This document shows, piece after piece, positions 16,348-25,932 of a DNA stretch of 64,000 nt. The first letter of the stretch is position 1. Every line of letters begins with the position of its first letter. The position numbers and the translations under genes were made by a program. Origin of the DNA: Planctomycetota bacterium (lineage in GTDB: Bacteria > Planctomycetota > UBA1135 > UBA2386); assembly GCA_965223545.1 (NCBI GenBank), contig OZ245006.1, positions 5,760,001 through 5,824,000 on the forward strand, given 5' to 3'. Under the pieces are notes generated by a model. The model worked only from the letters and a program-made list of their open reading frames with translations, made no database searches and was not told the origin of the DNA.

Positions 16348-17325
16348 TCAGCGCTTCTCGGCGATCGCCTCGCGGGCGCGGCGCGTGTCGTGCGCGGCGA
16401 GCGCCGCCTCGACGAACGGCAGGTCGCGGCCGCCGGTGCGCTGCATGCGCAGTAGGGCTTCGAGCGCGGCGTGGGTCTGGGTCGCCCCGAGCGCGAGCAG
16501 GAGCTTGGCACGGGTCGTCTGATGCTGCTGCCGCACCAGGTGCGGGCGCAGCACGTCGATCGCTTTCTCGCCGTGCAGGGCCTTGGCGATGCGGCCGACG
16601 GTGATCGCGAAGCGGCGGTCGTCGACGGCGTCGAACGACAGGCACAGCGCGTCGACGGTGCCGGGGAGGCGCATCTCGGCGCACAGCTGAGCCAGCGCGA
16701 TCTTGAAGCGCACGTCCTCGGTCTCGCCGGTGGCGCGGGCCATCAGCTGGCCCTTTTGCGGGGCACCGAGGGCGTCGCGCAGCGCGCTTCTCTCGATGAA
16801 CGCGCCGACGGCCTCTTCGCGGATGCCCGGCGGCCCGTCGAAGACCAACGCCAAGAGCGGCCCCGCGGTGTCGCCGGCCGCGACGCCGTGCTCGCCGGCC
16901 AGGATCAGCCGCGCCAGCTCGACGGCGGCGGACTCGTCCACGTCGGGGACGTCCGGGTTGCTGCCGGGGTGGCCGGTCATCTTGAAGTAGGGCGCGCGGC
17001 TGCCCGGCAGTCCCAGAGCGTGGGCCTTGTCGGCAAAGCTCGACAGGCAGTACAGCCGCTGCACGCCCGGCTTGGGCCGGGTGTGCTCCGACAGCCGCTT
17101 GTGTTCGATGACGGTGAGCTCGTCGATCGGCTCGCCGCGCAGAGTGGTCGAGATGCGCAGCCGGTGCGCGATGAGCTGCTTGCCCAGCGGCTGCACACCG
17201 ACGCCGGTGGCGACGACCACTCGGTCGGCGGCGGCGACCGCGCGCCGCAGCTGTTGGGAGGAGACCGGGGCCGACACCGCGGTGGCCGCCATCAGGACGC
17301 AGGTGCAGAGGATCGCTGGCTTCAT
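16348..17325 (-). CDS. Secreted helical (HEAT-repeat-like) protein
   Basis: Signal peptide, GAGG RBS, repeated amphipathic helices. Confidence 0.65.
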   Translation of the reverse strand: MKPAILCTCVLMAATAVSAPVSSQQLRRAVAAADRVVVATGVGVQPLGKQLIAHRLRISTTLRGEPIDELTVIEHKRLSEHTRPKPGVQRLYCLSSFADKAHALGLPGSRAPYFKMTGHPGSNPDVPDVDESAAVELARLILAGEHGVAAGDTAGPLLALVFDGPPGIREEAVGAFIERSALRDALGAPQKGQLMARATGETEDVRFKIALAQLCAEMRLPGTVDALCLSFDAVDDRRFAITVGRIAKALHGEKAIDVLRPHLVRQQHQTTRAKLLLALGATQTHAALEALLRMQRTGGRDLPFVEAALAAHDTRRAREAIAEKR

Positions 17326-17334
17326 GTCGGTTCC

Positions 17335-19125
17335 TCAGTCGTTGTCGTAGAGCACCCGCTCGCGCAGGTAGGCGTGGTTGAGTCGGTTGAGGCCGCTGTT
17401 GAGGTTGATCGAGCCCTCGAAGCTGATCCGCGGGCTCATCACGTTCTGGGAGAATCCGCTGAACAGCGGGTCGTTGTCGATGTGACCGCCGCTCGAGCCG
17501 GGGAAGTTGGTCGAATCGCCGCCGTAGAGCCCGGTGGGCATCGCGCCGTCCTTGACCAGCCCCATGCTGTGGCCGCACTCGTGCGCGGTGATCACCGAGA
17601 TCGAGCGGGCGAAGCGCAGGATCGCGGTGTCGATCGTCGTCGCGCGCGCGTCCTGCAGGGTGCCTGCCAGGCGCGAGGCGTCCTGCGGGTCGTCCCCGAT
17701 CGGGGTGCCGCCGAACCCCGGCATCAGGTCGTCATACGTGGTGCGAAACGTGCTCGCCGCCCCCGACCGGACGCCGCCGTGCGCGAGGGTGTGCATGAAC
17801 ACTCCGAGCCGCTGGCCGGAGAAGTCGACCAGGCAGTCGTCGTCCTGGGTCTCGTTGCTCTCGTCGAAGATCGCCAGGCCGAGCACGCCTCCGCTGCCGG
17901 CGGCCTCGTAGGCGCCGGCGATGCACATCTGCGAGAAGCCGAACGAGGCGTAGGGCACGCTGCCGGTGGTGGTCGATGCGAACGGCCCCGGCGACGTCGT
18001 GGTGAAGGTCACCGCGACGCCGCTGAAGATCTCGCCCAGGCGCTGCAGCAGCTCTGTCTCGAGCTGGTCGGCGACGGTGGAGTTGACGCCGGAGTCGCTG
18101 CCGAACAACCCGATGATCGCGTACAGGTCTTCGATGTCCGGAGTGCCGTTGGCGCCGTCGATGATGTTGATCGCCGGCGGCGTGCCGCCGCCGCCGGCGG
18201 CGAACGAGAAGCTCTCGATGTCGCGCGAGGTGTCCAAGAACCAGGTCTGGCCGGACTCCATCGGCCGAATCCCATCGTTGACCGAGGTCGTGCGGAAGCT
18301 GAACTGTGCCGGGACCGAGCTCATCCCCGAAGTGTCGACGACGACCGCAGTCACGGTGACGGGGCCTGTGGGCAGCTGCACGCCGGCGGGCACCGTGAAG
18401 GCGCTGTGGTTGCCGGTCGCGGTCAGCGACAACTCGGACGACACATCGCTGCCGGCGGCGATGACTCCGCTCGGACCGGTGACGTCGACGTCGAACGAGA
18501 TCTGGGTCAGCGCGGTGGCGATCGGCGACGACGGATCGTCGTAGTCCAGATCGATGACGAAGCCGTTGGGCGGCACCTGCAGCGTGCCGGCGGCGGGGCC
18601 GGTGCCGTTGATCGGGTCTTGGATGTCGTTGAGCGTCAGCTGACTGATCGTCGGCTCCGACCCGTCGCCCCCGAGGATCGTCTGTGGCGCACTCGGTTCG
18701 GCGAGCGCGCCGTCGGTGCCCGCGACCGCGTCGTTGAGGAGGTCGAAGTCGATGGTCGTCACTCCGGCGGTCAGGTCGACGCCGGCGCCCAACCGGATGC
18801 GGACGGCGCGCGCGTTGATCAACGACGGGGCCAGCGTGACGCTGCCGAGGCTGCCGGCCGACAGCGCGATGTCCTCGTCGGTCAACAGCGCGCCGGTCAG
18901 TGCGATGTCGCGCGACATCAACAGCGTCAGCGAGTCGCCGGCCGCGGCCGTGGCGCCGGTGGTCAGCAGCGTGGCGCCGACGATGATGGGGGCCGGCGTC
19001 GGCGCGCTGCCGCCGCCACCGCTGCCACTGCATCCGATGAGCAGCAAGCCCGCGGTGGCCATCGCGGTGGCGCGGGTTGCCGGCGCGAGCGCCGCCGCGT
19101 GGCGGTACCGAGTCGGGGTTCTCAT
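17335..19125 (-). CDS. Lipoprotein with Ig-like N-terminus and C-terminal zinc metalloprotease (metzincin-like) domain
   Basis: LLIGC lipobox; HECGHSMGL zinc motif; NVMSP Met-turn. Confidence 0.8.
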   Translation of the reverse strand: MRTPTRYRHAAALAPATRATAMATAGLLLIGCSGSGGGGSAPTPAPIIVGATLLTTGATAAAGDSLTLLMSRDIALTGALLTDEDIALSAGSLGSVTLAPSLINARAVRIRLGAGVDLTAGVTTIDFDLLNDAVAGTDGALAEPSAPQTILGGDGSEPTISQLTLNDIQDPINGTGPAAGTLQVPPNGFVIDLDYDDPSSPIATALTQISFDVDVTGPSGVIAAGSDVSSELSLTATGNHSAFTVPAGVQLPTGPVTVTAVVVDTSGMSSVPAQFSFRTTSVNDGIRPMESGQTWFLDTSRDIESFSFAAGGGGTPPAINIIDGANGTPDIEDLYAIIGLFGSDSGVNSTVADQLETELLQRLGEIFSGVAVTFTTTSPGPFASTTTGSVPYASFGFSQMCIAGAYEAAGSGGVLGLAIFDESNETQDDDCLVDFSGQRLGVFMHTLAHGGVRSGAASTFRTTYDDLMPGFGGTPIGDDPQDASRLAGTLQDARATTIDTAILRFARSISVITAHECGHSMGLVKDGAMPTGLYGGDSTNFPGSSGGHIDNDPLFSGFSQNVMSPRISFEGSINLNSGLNRLNHAYLRERVLYDND

Positions 19126-19542
19126 GCGTGTCTCGTTGGTCCTTTGACGGGCTGATCGCGCCGCCGCGGTGATCGCGTTTCCGCCGGTGGCGCGGTTCGA
19201 ACTCGGTCCTGATTACCCGGTGGCAGGGCCGACTCCAGCTCTTTCATCGGCGGAATCAGCGCCAGGCTGACGGCGAACTCGAGCCCGGGCCGCTGTGCGC
19301 CCGCCCGTTTGGCGCCGGTGGCATCGGCGTATCGCGCGATCGACGGCCCGCGCGCAGCGCGTCGGCGATGCGATGCGTGGGCGTGTGCGCCCCGAGGCCT
19401 TCTTTTTCCAGCCGCAATTCCCCACCGGCATGGGCGGAAGTCCCCTCCTGGGGCCTTCGCAACTCAACCCTGCACAAGCACATACCGAAAGAAGGGGCGC
19501 GGTCGCTCAGGCCGCGGCACAACTGGGACACACAGCACTGTC

Positions 19543-20472
19543 ATGATGAAACTCGCGGTCGGGGAGGTCGTCGAGGACTACCAGATCTCCCGATTCCTGG
19601 GCCGGGGCGGATTTGCCTCTGCGTTTCTGGCCGAGCACCAGGGATCCGGTGAAAAGGTCGCCCTCAAGGTGGGCCACCCCTCCGGGGGTGGTCGCCAGGT
19701 GACTCGCTTGTATGAGATCACCTCGCGACGCACGCCCGAGGGCATCAGCCCCGACGAGCTGCCGGGCGAGGCGGTCTTCCTGGAGCCGGCGGGCTTCCGC
19801 ATCGATCTCTTGGATGAGAACGAGATCAGCCAGATGCTGCGCACCGAAGCCGCACTGCTCGAGCACAACAGCTCGACCAATCTGGTCAAGCTCGTCGATC
19901 GGCTCGAGCTCGACGGGGGGCCGGTGTTGGTCTTGGAGTTCGTCCGCGGCAAGACGCTGCGCGAGAAGATCAGGGGCCTCGAGGGAATCCACCTCAACTG
20001 GTTCCTCGCCGCGGTGCGCGCGCTGATCAAGCTCAAAGACGAGGGCGCGCTCGACTACCACGGCGATCTCAAGCCGGAGAACATCGTCGTCAAGCCGAGC
20101 GGCAAGATCGTGCTGATCGATCCCGCGATGCGGCTGCCCGGTCAGCCGGTGATCACGACGACGCCGCACTACAACCCGCTGCTGCACTGCGACAGCAAGG
20201 CCGACGTGATGGCGATCGGCATCATGATCTACGAGATCCTGACCGGCACGTTGCCGTTCGACGAGGTGCCGTGGGAATACGCGGGCACGCGCAGCGGCGG
20301 GGAGACCGTGCGGTTGTCGCTGTCGTATTTCTACAGCTACTGCCCGCCGCAGGTCCTCAACCCGAAGACCCCGCCGGAGCTGGAGCAGATCGTCTACCGT
20401 TGCATCACGGTGCCGTCCTACGGGCTGCCCGAGCTCAAGGCCGACCTCGAGGACTTCATCGGCAAGGCCTGA
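19543..20472 (+). CDS. Ser/Thr protein kinase (atypical activation segment)
   Basis: LGRGGFASA, VALK, HGDLKPEN, ADVMAIG, YEILTGTLPF. Confidence 0.9.
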   Translation: MMKLAVGEVVEDYQISRFLGRGGFASAFLAEHQGSGEKVALKVGHPSGGGRQVTRLYEITSRRTPEGISPDELPGEAVFLEPAGFRIDLLDENEISQMLRTEAALLEHNSSTNLVKLVDRLELDGGPVLVLEFVRGKTLREKIRGLEGIHLNWFLAAVRALIKLKDEGALDYHGDLKPENIVVKPSGKIVLIDPAMRLPGQPVITTTPHYNPLLHCDSKADVMAIGIMIYEILTGTLPFDEVPWEYAGTRSGGETVRLSLSYFYSYCPPQVLNPKTPPELEQIVYRCITVPSYGLPELKADLEDFIGKA

Positions 20473-20496
20473 GCGCGGTTGATATAACGGCGGGGC

Positions 20497-23088
20497 ATGC
20501 GTGTTCTCGCGGCCCTGCTGTGCCTTCTCGCCGGCGTTCTGCTCGTCCTTTGGTGGTCGCCGGCCGATCCGGTGGCGAACTCCGCCGGTGACGGCGTGCG
20601 CGTGGCGGAGGCCGGCGCCGCCGCGTCAGGAGTGGAGCCGCAGCCGGAGGATCCACCCGCGACACCGTTGCCGCGACACGATGTCGCGCCGCGGGCGGTG
20701 GACGTGGGAGTGTTGGCAGGCCGAGTTCGTACGCCGGGCGGCGAAGCAGTCGCGGGCGCGTCGCTCTCCGTTCGCCGTGTCGAGGGCGTGAGCGCCGGAA
20801 GCACGGTGGTGTTGGAGGCCGATGACGACGGTCGGTTCGAGTTCGCCACCGAGCAGCCGTGCACGATCCTGTCGATCTCGGTCGCGCCGACCGAGCGGAC
20901 GACCGCAGTCGAGCGGTGGTTGCGGCTACGGCTGCGGCCGGGAGATCGCACCGAGATCGAGCTGACCGCCGGCAGCGGGGCCACGGTGCGCGGCCGGGTC
21001 GTCGATGGCCAGGGCGCGCCGGTCGCGCGCGCCCGCGTGCTCGCCTGGCACGACGATCCGCATCGCATCGATGGTCGCTACTCGGTTCCGCCGCAGCGGG
21101 CGGTCGAGGCCGATGATCGCGGCCACTTCGAGCTGCGGCACATCGGGCCACGTTTCGTGCTCAGCGCCGAAGCGGACGGGCTGCTGTGCCGCACCCGGCT
21201 GCGTGGCGACGTCGATGGGCGCGATTCGATCGAGGGATTGGAGCTGGAACTCGCCCCCTCGGCGGTGCTGCACGGTCGCTTGTTGGACTCTGGCGGCGAG
21301 CCGATTCCCGATTATCGCTTTGCCAACCACTTCGGATCGAGCAGTAGCAACGCGGACCAGACTGGCGCCCCCGGAGTTTGGCGGGCGCGGCCCGAGCACA
21401 ACGTGACGACGACGGCGGCCGATGGCACGTTTCGCATCGAGGTCGTGCGCGACCATCGCTACTTGTGGGAAGTGCAGCATCCGATGCACCCGATGTGGAG
21501 GGGGGCGCATCGTGCGACCGATGGCGATCTGGAGGTGCAGCTCGAATCCGGCGAGGCGGTGCGCGGTCGCGTGTTCGCGCCGGGTGGAGGCCCCGCGGAT
21601 GGGGCAGTGGTCGAGCTCAACGACTATCCGGATCGTCGCGTTGCCACCGGTCCGGATGGCCGCTTCGAGCTGCGCGGTGCGCCGTTGGCAGAGAAGCACT
21701 ACCTCGCCGTGTCGATGCCAGGGGCGGCGATCCACTGTGTGCAGCCGATCGGTGATCCTGAGGACGTCCGCGTCGAGCTGACGCCGGGGTTGGCGTTGGC
21801 CGGACACGTGGTCGATGCTGGCGGTGCGCCGGTGTTCGATGCGCTGGTCGAGATCGTCGGGGATCGGCAGGTGAACCCTGGGTTTAGGTTCGGTGGCGTG
21901 CCGACGTGGGAATGGGCGCATGGTCGCGACCGGACGCGCACCGCAGTGGATGGCTCGTTTCGGTTCGAGCAGCTCTACGATGGCGAGTTCGTCGTGCGCG
22001 TGCACCATCCCTTCGACGCGCGGCTGACGTCGGAGACCGTGGCCCGCTCGGGGGCCGAGGCAATGCGCGTTCAGCTCGATGAGGCGGCGATGCGCGGGGT
22101 CGTGTTCGTCGGGACCGCGCGTGATGGGCGCACTGGGACTCCGATTCCTTCGTTTCTGGTTTGGGTCACCGACACGGCGACCGGTCGAGGCCAGTCCTAC
22201 GAGGTGGAGGCGGTCGATGGGGCGTTCGAGTTGCCCGGGTTCAAGTCGGGGCGCTACATCGTGGCGGTGGAAGCCGAGGGGTTTGCGCGGGCGGTGGACG
22301 AGGCCCGCGACTGCGAGGTTGGCGAGCACAGGTTCGACGCCAGCATGGATCCGGTGCGCAGCTTGGAGGTGCGCGTCGTCGAAGCCGGCGGCGGCGGCGC
22401 GCCGGCGGAGCTGTCGGTGTTCGAGGTCGGATCGGATCAGCCGCTGTGGGTGATCACCTCTCCTGGCAGCAGGTCGCTGACCCTGGATACCGGTAGGGAC
22501 GGCAGAGCGCGTCTGGAGGGCTTGCCGGGTCGCGCGCTGGTTTTGCAGGTGCGGTCGCCGGGAGCCGACATCGTGCGGCGGCCGTTGGATCTGAGCGAAC
22601 CCCCGGAAGGGCCGGTCACGGTCGTGCTCGCCGCACCGCCCCCGACGGTCGACGTGCATGTGCTCGTCTTGGAGATGCCGGGAGCGCCGATCGAGCTTCC
22701 GCCGGCGGTCACCGAAGAATGGCTGGTCCGCGCGCTCGCGGCGGGCGACGTCGCGCCAGTGGAGCAACCCGTCACCGCCGAGCTGACCGGCATCGACGGC
22801 AAACACCTGAGCTCTGGTGATTGTCGAGTGGTCGGTCGCGAACAGGTCGGGGACTTGTGGAGGTTGGCACTCGAGCTGAGCATGCTGGCCAACGTGGGTG
22901 AGGACCTCGGCTTCGGCGTCACCACGAGTAGTTTGACCGCAGCCCTCCAGCTGCGCGGTGAACGTACCCCGATGCGCCTGTCGGTGCGGGCCGAGGGGTA
23001 CGAGGATGCCGAACGCAGGTTGGACGCGACGGCCGCGCACGGAGAACAGCCGCTGGAGGTGGTCGTCGTTCTGCGGCGCGCGCGGTGA
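20497..23088 (+). CDS. Carboxypeptidase-regulatory-like repeat (beta-sandwich) protein, membrane anchored
   Basis: Repeated GRVVDxxGxPVxxAxV...TxxDGxF units; N-terminal TM segment. Confidence 0.88.
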   Translation: MRVLAALLCLLAGVLLVLWWSPADPVANSAGDGVRVAEAGAAASGVEPQPEDPPATPLPRHDVAPRAVDVGVLAGRVRTPGGEAVAGASLSVRRVEGVSAGSTVVLEADDDGRFEFATEQPCTILSISVAPTERTTAVERWLRLRLRPGDRTEIELTAGSGATVRGRVVDGQGAPVARARVLAWHDDPHRIDGRYSVPPQRAVEADDRGHFELRHIGPRFVLSAEADGLLCRTRLRGDVDGRDSIEGLELELAPSAVLHGRLLDSGGEPIPDYRFANHFGSSSSNADQTGAPGVWRARPEHNVTTTAADGTFRIEVVRDHRYLWEVQHPMHPMWRGAHRATDGDLEVQLESGEAVRGRVFAPGGGPADGAVVELNDYPDRRVATGPDGRFELRGAPLAEKHYLAVSMPGAAIHCVQPIGDPEDVRVELTPGLALAGHVVDAGGAPVFDALVEIVGDRQVNPGFRFGGVPTWEWAHGRDRTRTAVDGSFRFEQLYDGEFVVRVHHPFDARLTSETVARSGAEAMRVQLDEAAMRGVVFVGTARDGRTGTPIPSFLVWVTDTATGRGQSYEVEAVDGAFELPGFKSGRYIVAVEAEGFARAVDEARDCEVGEHRFDASMDPVRSLEVRVVEAGGGGAPAELSVFEVGSDQPLWVITSPGSRSLTLDTGRDGRARLEGLPGRALVLQVRSPGADIVRRPLDLSEPPEGPVTVVLAAPPPTVDVHVLVLEMPGAPIELPPAVTEEWLVRALAAGDVAPVEQPVTAELTGIDGKHLSSGDCRVVGREQVGDLWRLALELSMLANVGEDLGFGVTTSSLTAALQLRGERTPMRLSVRAEGYEDAERRLDATAAHGEQPLEVVVVLRRAR

Positions 23089-23204
23089 GCCTCGGGGTCC
23101 GAGAATGTTCGAGCGGCAACAACCTTTCGGAAGGCCCGTCGTCGCCGGGACTTCGATACCGCAACTCCCGGAGGCTCGAAGACAACACTGGCGTCTGCGC
23201 TCAG
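23085..23204 (+). repeat. Repeat module A copy 4 (120 bp)
   Basis: Near-identical to 1464-1583; overlaps the TGA of the upstream gene. Confidence 0.95.
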
Positions 23205-23285
23205 CGCGGCCGCCGGCGACCGCGGGACCTGCGACCGACGCTCGGGTCGCGGAATGCTCCGTGTTTGGTTGCGGCCTCGGCCGCG
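23205..23285 (+). repeat. Repeat module B copy 2 (81 bp); empty IS110 target at 23267/23268
   Basis: Near-identical to 1383-1463; followed by CTGAG. Confidence 0.95.
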
Positions 23286-23297
23286 CTGAGAGAATGA

Positions 23298-23331
23298 AGC
23301 GAGAAAAACGAGCCTGACTCCGTACGTTTCG
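23298..23331. repeat. Short REP-like palindrome family C, copy 1
   Basis: 30/34 identical to 33758-33791. Confidence 0.75.
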
Positions 23332-23335
23332 CTGG

Positions 23336-23923
23336 ATGCGAAGGGTTTCGATTGTTTGTTTGGTCGGGCTGCTGGCGTCGTGTTCGGCGACGCGTAGCCG
23401 GCTCGTGGATTACGCCGAGGCGCCCGGCCTGCGGGTGGAGTCGCCGCCGGCGGGAGAAGCCGTGGTCGTCTTCTTGCGGCCTGACTTCATGGGCCATGGG
23501 GTCAGCGCGGTGGTCTACGACGGCGAGGAGTTCTTGTCCGTCGTGATGGCCGATTCGCACTACGTGCACCGGACGACCGCGGGGGCGCATCGCTTCATGG
23601 TGGTCAGCGAGGCCGCCGATTTCATGGACGCGGAGCTTGGCAGCGGTCAGGTGTACTTCGCGGAAGTCGATCCTCGAATGGGCTGGTGGCGCGCCCGGTT
23701 CAGTCTGATCCCGTTGCCCGCGGGGGGAGACGACTGGGACGAGCTCGACGGTTGGCTCGAGGATTCGTATGAGATCACGCCCAACGACAAGGGACGGGAG
23801 TGGGCGGTCAACAACCACGAGTCGGTGCTGTCGAAGAAGGCCGAGTTCCTCGAGGAGTGGTTGGAGAAGGAGGCGCGGCCCGCGCTGGGACCGGGCGATG
23901 GTGTGCCGCGGTATCCGGAGTAG
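23336..23923 (+). CDS. Lipoprotein, DUF2846-like
   Basis: LLASC lipobox; AVVVFLRP, GAHRFMVVSEAADFM, GQVYF. Confidence 0.75.
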   Translation: MRRVSIVCLVGLLASCSATRSRLVDYAEAPGLRVESPPAGEAVVVFLRPDFMGHGVSAVVYDGEEFLSVVMADSHYVHRTTAGAHRFMVVSEAADFMDAELGSGQVYFAEVDPRMGWWRARFSLIPLPAGGDDWDELDGWLEDSYEITPNDKGREWAVNNHESVLSKKAEFLEEWLEKEARPALGPGDGVPRYPE

Positions 23924-24040
23924 GTCGGAGAAGCGGGACGTTCGAGCCTGACCTGTAGTTTCGCGGAATCGCGCAGCGTTGGCTCCGTTCGCGGCCAGGG
24001 GAGTTGACCCCGGCTGCTCTGACAGAAACGGAGGAACGCA

Positions 24041-24772
24041 ATGCTCGGCCGGCCTGGATTCCGCGCCGCGGTAGTGCTGCTCGTCGCCGTTCTCGCCGGC
24101 CTCAATGTGGTCCAGTACGTGGCTGGGCGTCGGTCGGACCGCGAGGTCATCGACGAGTTCGCCAAGCTGTGGCTGCACAGCCCCGGTCCCCACCGGTGCG
24201 AGTGGCTCGGGATTCCGGTGCTGCAGAATCCGATGGACGTCTGGGTCACGCAGGAGCTGATCCACGAGGTCGCGCCGGACTACGTGGTCGAGACCGGCAC
24301 GCTGATGGGGGGCAGCGCGTTGGTCTGGGCTTCGGTGCTGGAGCAGGTCAACCCGAGCGGCCGCGTCATCACGATCGACATCGAGGATCGAACGGAGGAG
24401 GCGCGGACGCGGCCGCTGTGGTCGCGGCGCATCGAGTTCCTACACGGCAGCTCGGTCGATCCCCAGATCGTCGCGTCGGTCGCGCGCCGGGTTGCTGGCA
24501 AGAAGGTCGTCGTGATTCTCGACTCGGACCACCGCAGGGAGCATGTCCTGGCCGAGCTGCGTGCCTACACGCCGTTGGTGCCGGTCGGGTCGTACGTCAT
24601 CGTCCAAGACACCGTCTTTGGCCACCCGGTGCCGCCGCTGCTGTCGGGCCCGCTGGCCTGGGAAGCGGTGCACGAGTTCGTGACTGACAACGACGCTTGG
24701 CAGGCCGATCCGCGGTTCGAGCGTCTGTTGTTCACCATGCACCCCGGTGGGTACCTGAGGCGGTTGCGTTGA
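24041..24772 (+). CDS. CmcI-family (cephalosporin hydroxylase / rhamnosyl O-methyltransferase-like) SAM methyltransferase
   Basis: WLGIPVLQNPMD, PDYVVETG..GGSA, VILDSDH..EHVLAEL, PGGYL. Confidence 0.9.
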   Translation: MLGRPGFRAAVVLLVAVLAGLNVVQYVAGRRSDREVIDEFAKLWLHSPGPHRCEWLGIPVLQNPMDVWVTQELIHEVAPDYVVETGTLMGGSALVWASVLEQVNPSGRVITIDIEDRTEEARTRPLWSRRIEFLHGSSVDPQIVASVARRVAGKKVVVILDSDHRREHVLAELRAYTPLVPVGSYVIVQDTVFGHPVPPLLSGPLAWEAVHEFVTDNDAWQADPRFERLLFTMHPGGYLRRLR

Positions 24773-24794
24773 TGGCGTTTGCGGCAGGGGAGCG

Positions 24795-25904
24795 ATGAGG
24801 GTGCTGGTCACCGGCGGCGCCGGCCTGATCGGCAGCCACGTCGTCGACGCGCTCCTCGCGATGGGCTGCTCGGTCACGATTCTCGACAGTTTGGAGCCGA
24901 CCGTGCACCGCAACGGCATGCCGGCCTGGGTTCCCGCTGCCGCGCGTTTCGTGCGCGGTGACGTCCGCGACTCCCGCGCGGTCGGTCGCGCCATCGAAGG
25001 GTGCGATGCCGTCGTGCACATGGCTGCCGCGAGTGGGTTCAGCCCGGACGACAGTGCGATCGAAGCAGTCAACTGTCGCGGTACCGACTGCGTCCTCACG
25101 GCGGTCGCCGGCTCGAGCACCGTGCGCCGGGTAGTCGTCGCGTCGAGTATGGCGGTGTACGGGGAGGGGATGTACGGCTGCGTCCAGCACGGGGCCTTCC
25201 GCGGCGAGGCGCGTGCTCCGGCGGCGCTGGAGCGAGGACACTGGGACGTGCCGTGCCCCACTTGCCGTGGTCCGGGCTTTCCTGTGCCGATCGAAGAAGC
25301 AACGCGGCCGCTACCGAGGGGTACCTACGCGCGCAGCAAGCTCTACCAAGAACAGCGGACGCTCGCCGCGGGCGCGAGCCTCGGTGTGCATGCATCCGCG
25401 CTCAGGTTCTTTCTCACGTTCGGGCCGCGCCAGAGTCTGTCCAACCCCTACTCGGGCATTTGCTCCATCTTCGCTACCCAGCTCCTGAGCGGCGTCGCAC
25501 CCGTGGTCTATGAAGACGGGCGCCAGTCCCGCGACATGCTGGCGGTCGTCGACGTCGCGGGCGCGGTGTGCCTCGCCCTGCGTGATAGCCGTGCTGCTGG
25601 CAAGGTGTTCAACGTAGCGTCGGGAGTGCCGACAGCGATCGCCGAGTTCGTGCATCGTCTCGCCGGCGCCCTGCAGGTGCCAATCGCCCCCGATCTCCCG
25701 CGCCGGTTCCGCCCGCTCGACAACCGCCACATGCTCGGCAGCGCGGCTGCCCTCCGCGCGCTCGGCTGGCGTCCCCAGCTGACGGTGGATGCTGGCATCC
25801 GGCACTACGCGCGCTGGGTGCGTCGCCAACGTCGCGTCACGGCAGAGTTCGCCACTGCCGAAGCCCGCCTGCGCGACCTCGACATCGTGCGCCAGGCCCG
25901 CTGA
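24795..25904 (+). CDS. NAD-dependent epimerase/dehydratase (extended SDR)
   Basis: VLVTGGAGLIGSH, ASSMAVYGEG, YARSK, GPRQSLSNPYSG. Confidence 0.93.
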   Translation: MRVLVTGGAGLIGSHVVDALLAMGCSVTILDSLEPTVHRNGMPAWVPAAARFVRGDVRDSRAVGRAIEGCDAVVHMAAASGFSPDDSAIEAVNCRGTDCVLTAVAGSSTVRRVVVASSMAVYGEGMYGCVQHGAFRGEARAPAALERGHWDVPCPTCRGPGFPVPIEEATRPLPRGTYARSKLYQEQRTLAAGASLGVHASALRFFLTFGPRQSLSNPYSGICSIFATQLLSGVAPVVYEDGRQSRDMLAVVDVAGAVCLALRDSRAAGKVFNVASGVPTAIAEFVHRLAGALQVPIAPDLPRRFRPLDNRHMLGSAAALRALGWRPQLTVDAGIRHYARWVRRQRRVTAEFATAEARLRDLDIVRQAR

Positions 25905-25932
25905 AGGTACGGAGCCTGGATCCGTACCTTCA
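25902..25932. repeat. Family C palindrome with perfect 12-bp arms between convergent genes (possible bidirectional terminator/REP)
   Basis: TGAAGGTACGGA-GCCTGGA-TCCGTACCTTCA. Confidence 0.8.

Noticed and set aside
16471..19155. 894-aa plus-strand ORF
   Set aside because: Antisense shadow of two well-supported minus-strand genes
19156..19542. Long divergent intergenic region as an ncRNA or small gene
   Set aside because: No tRNA/ncRNA signature or convincing ORF; compatible with two promoters
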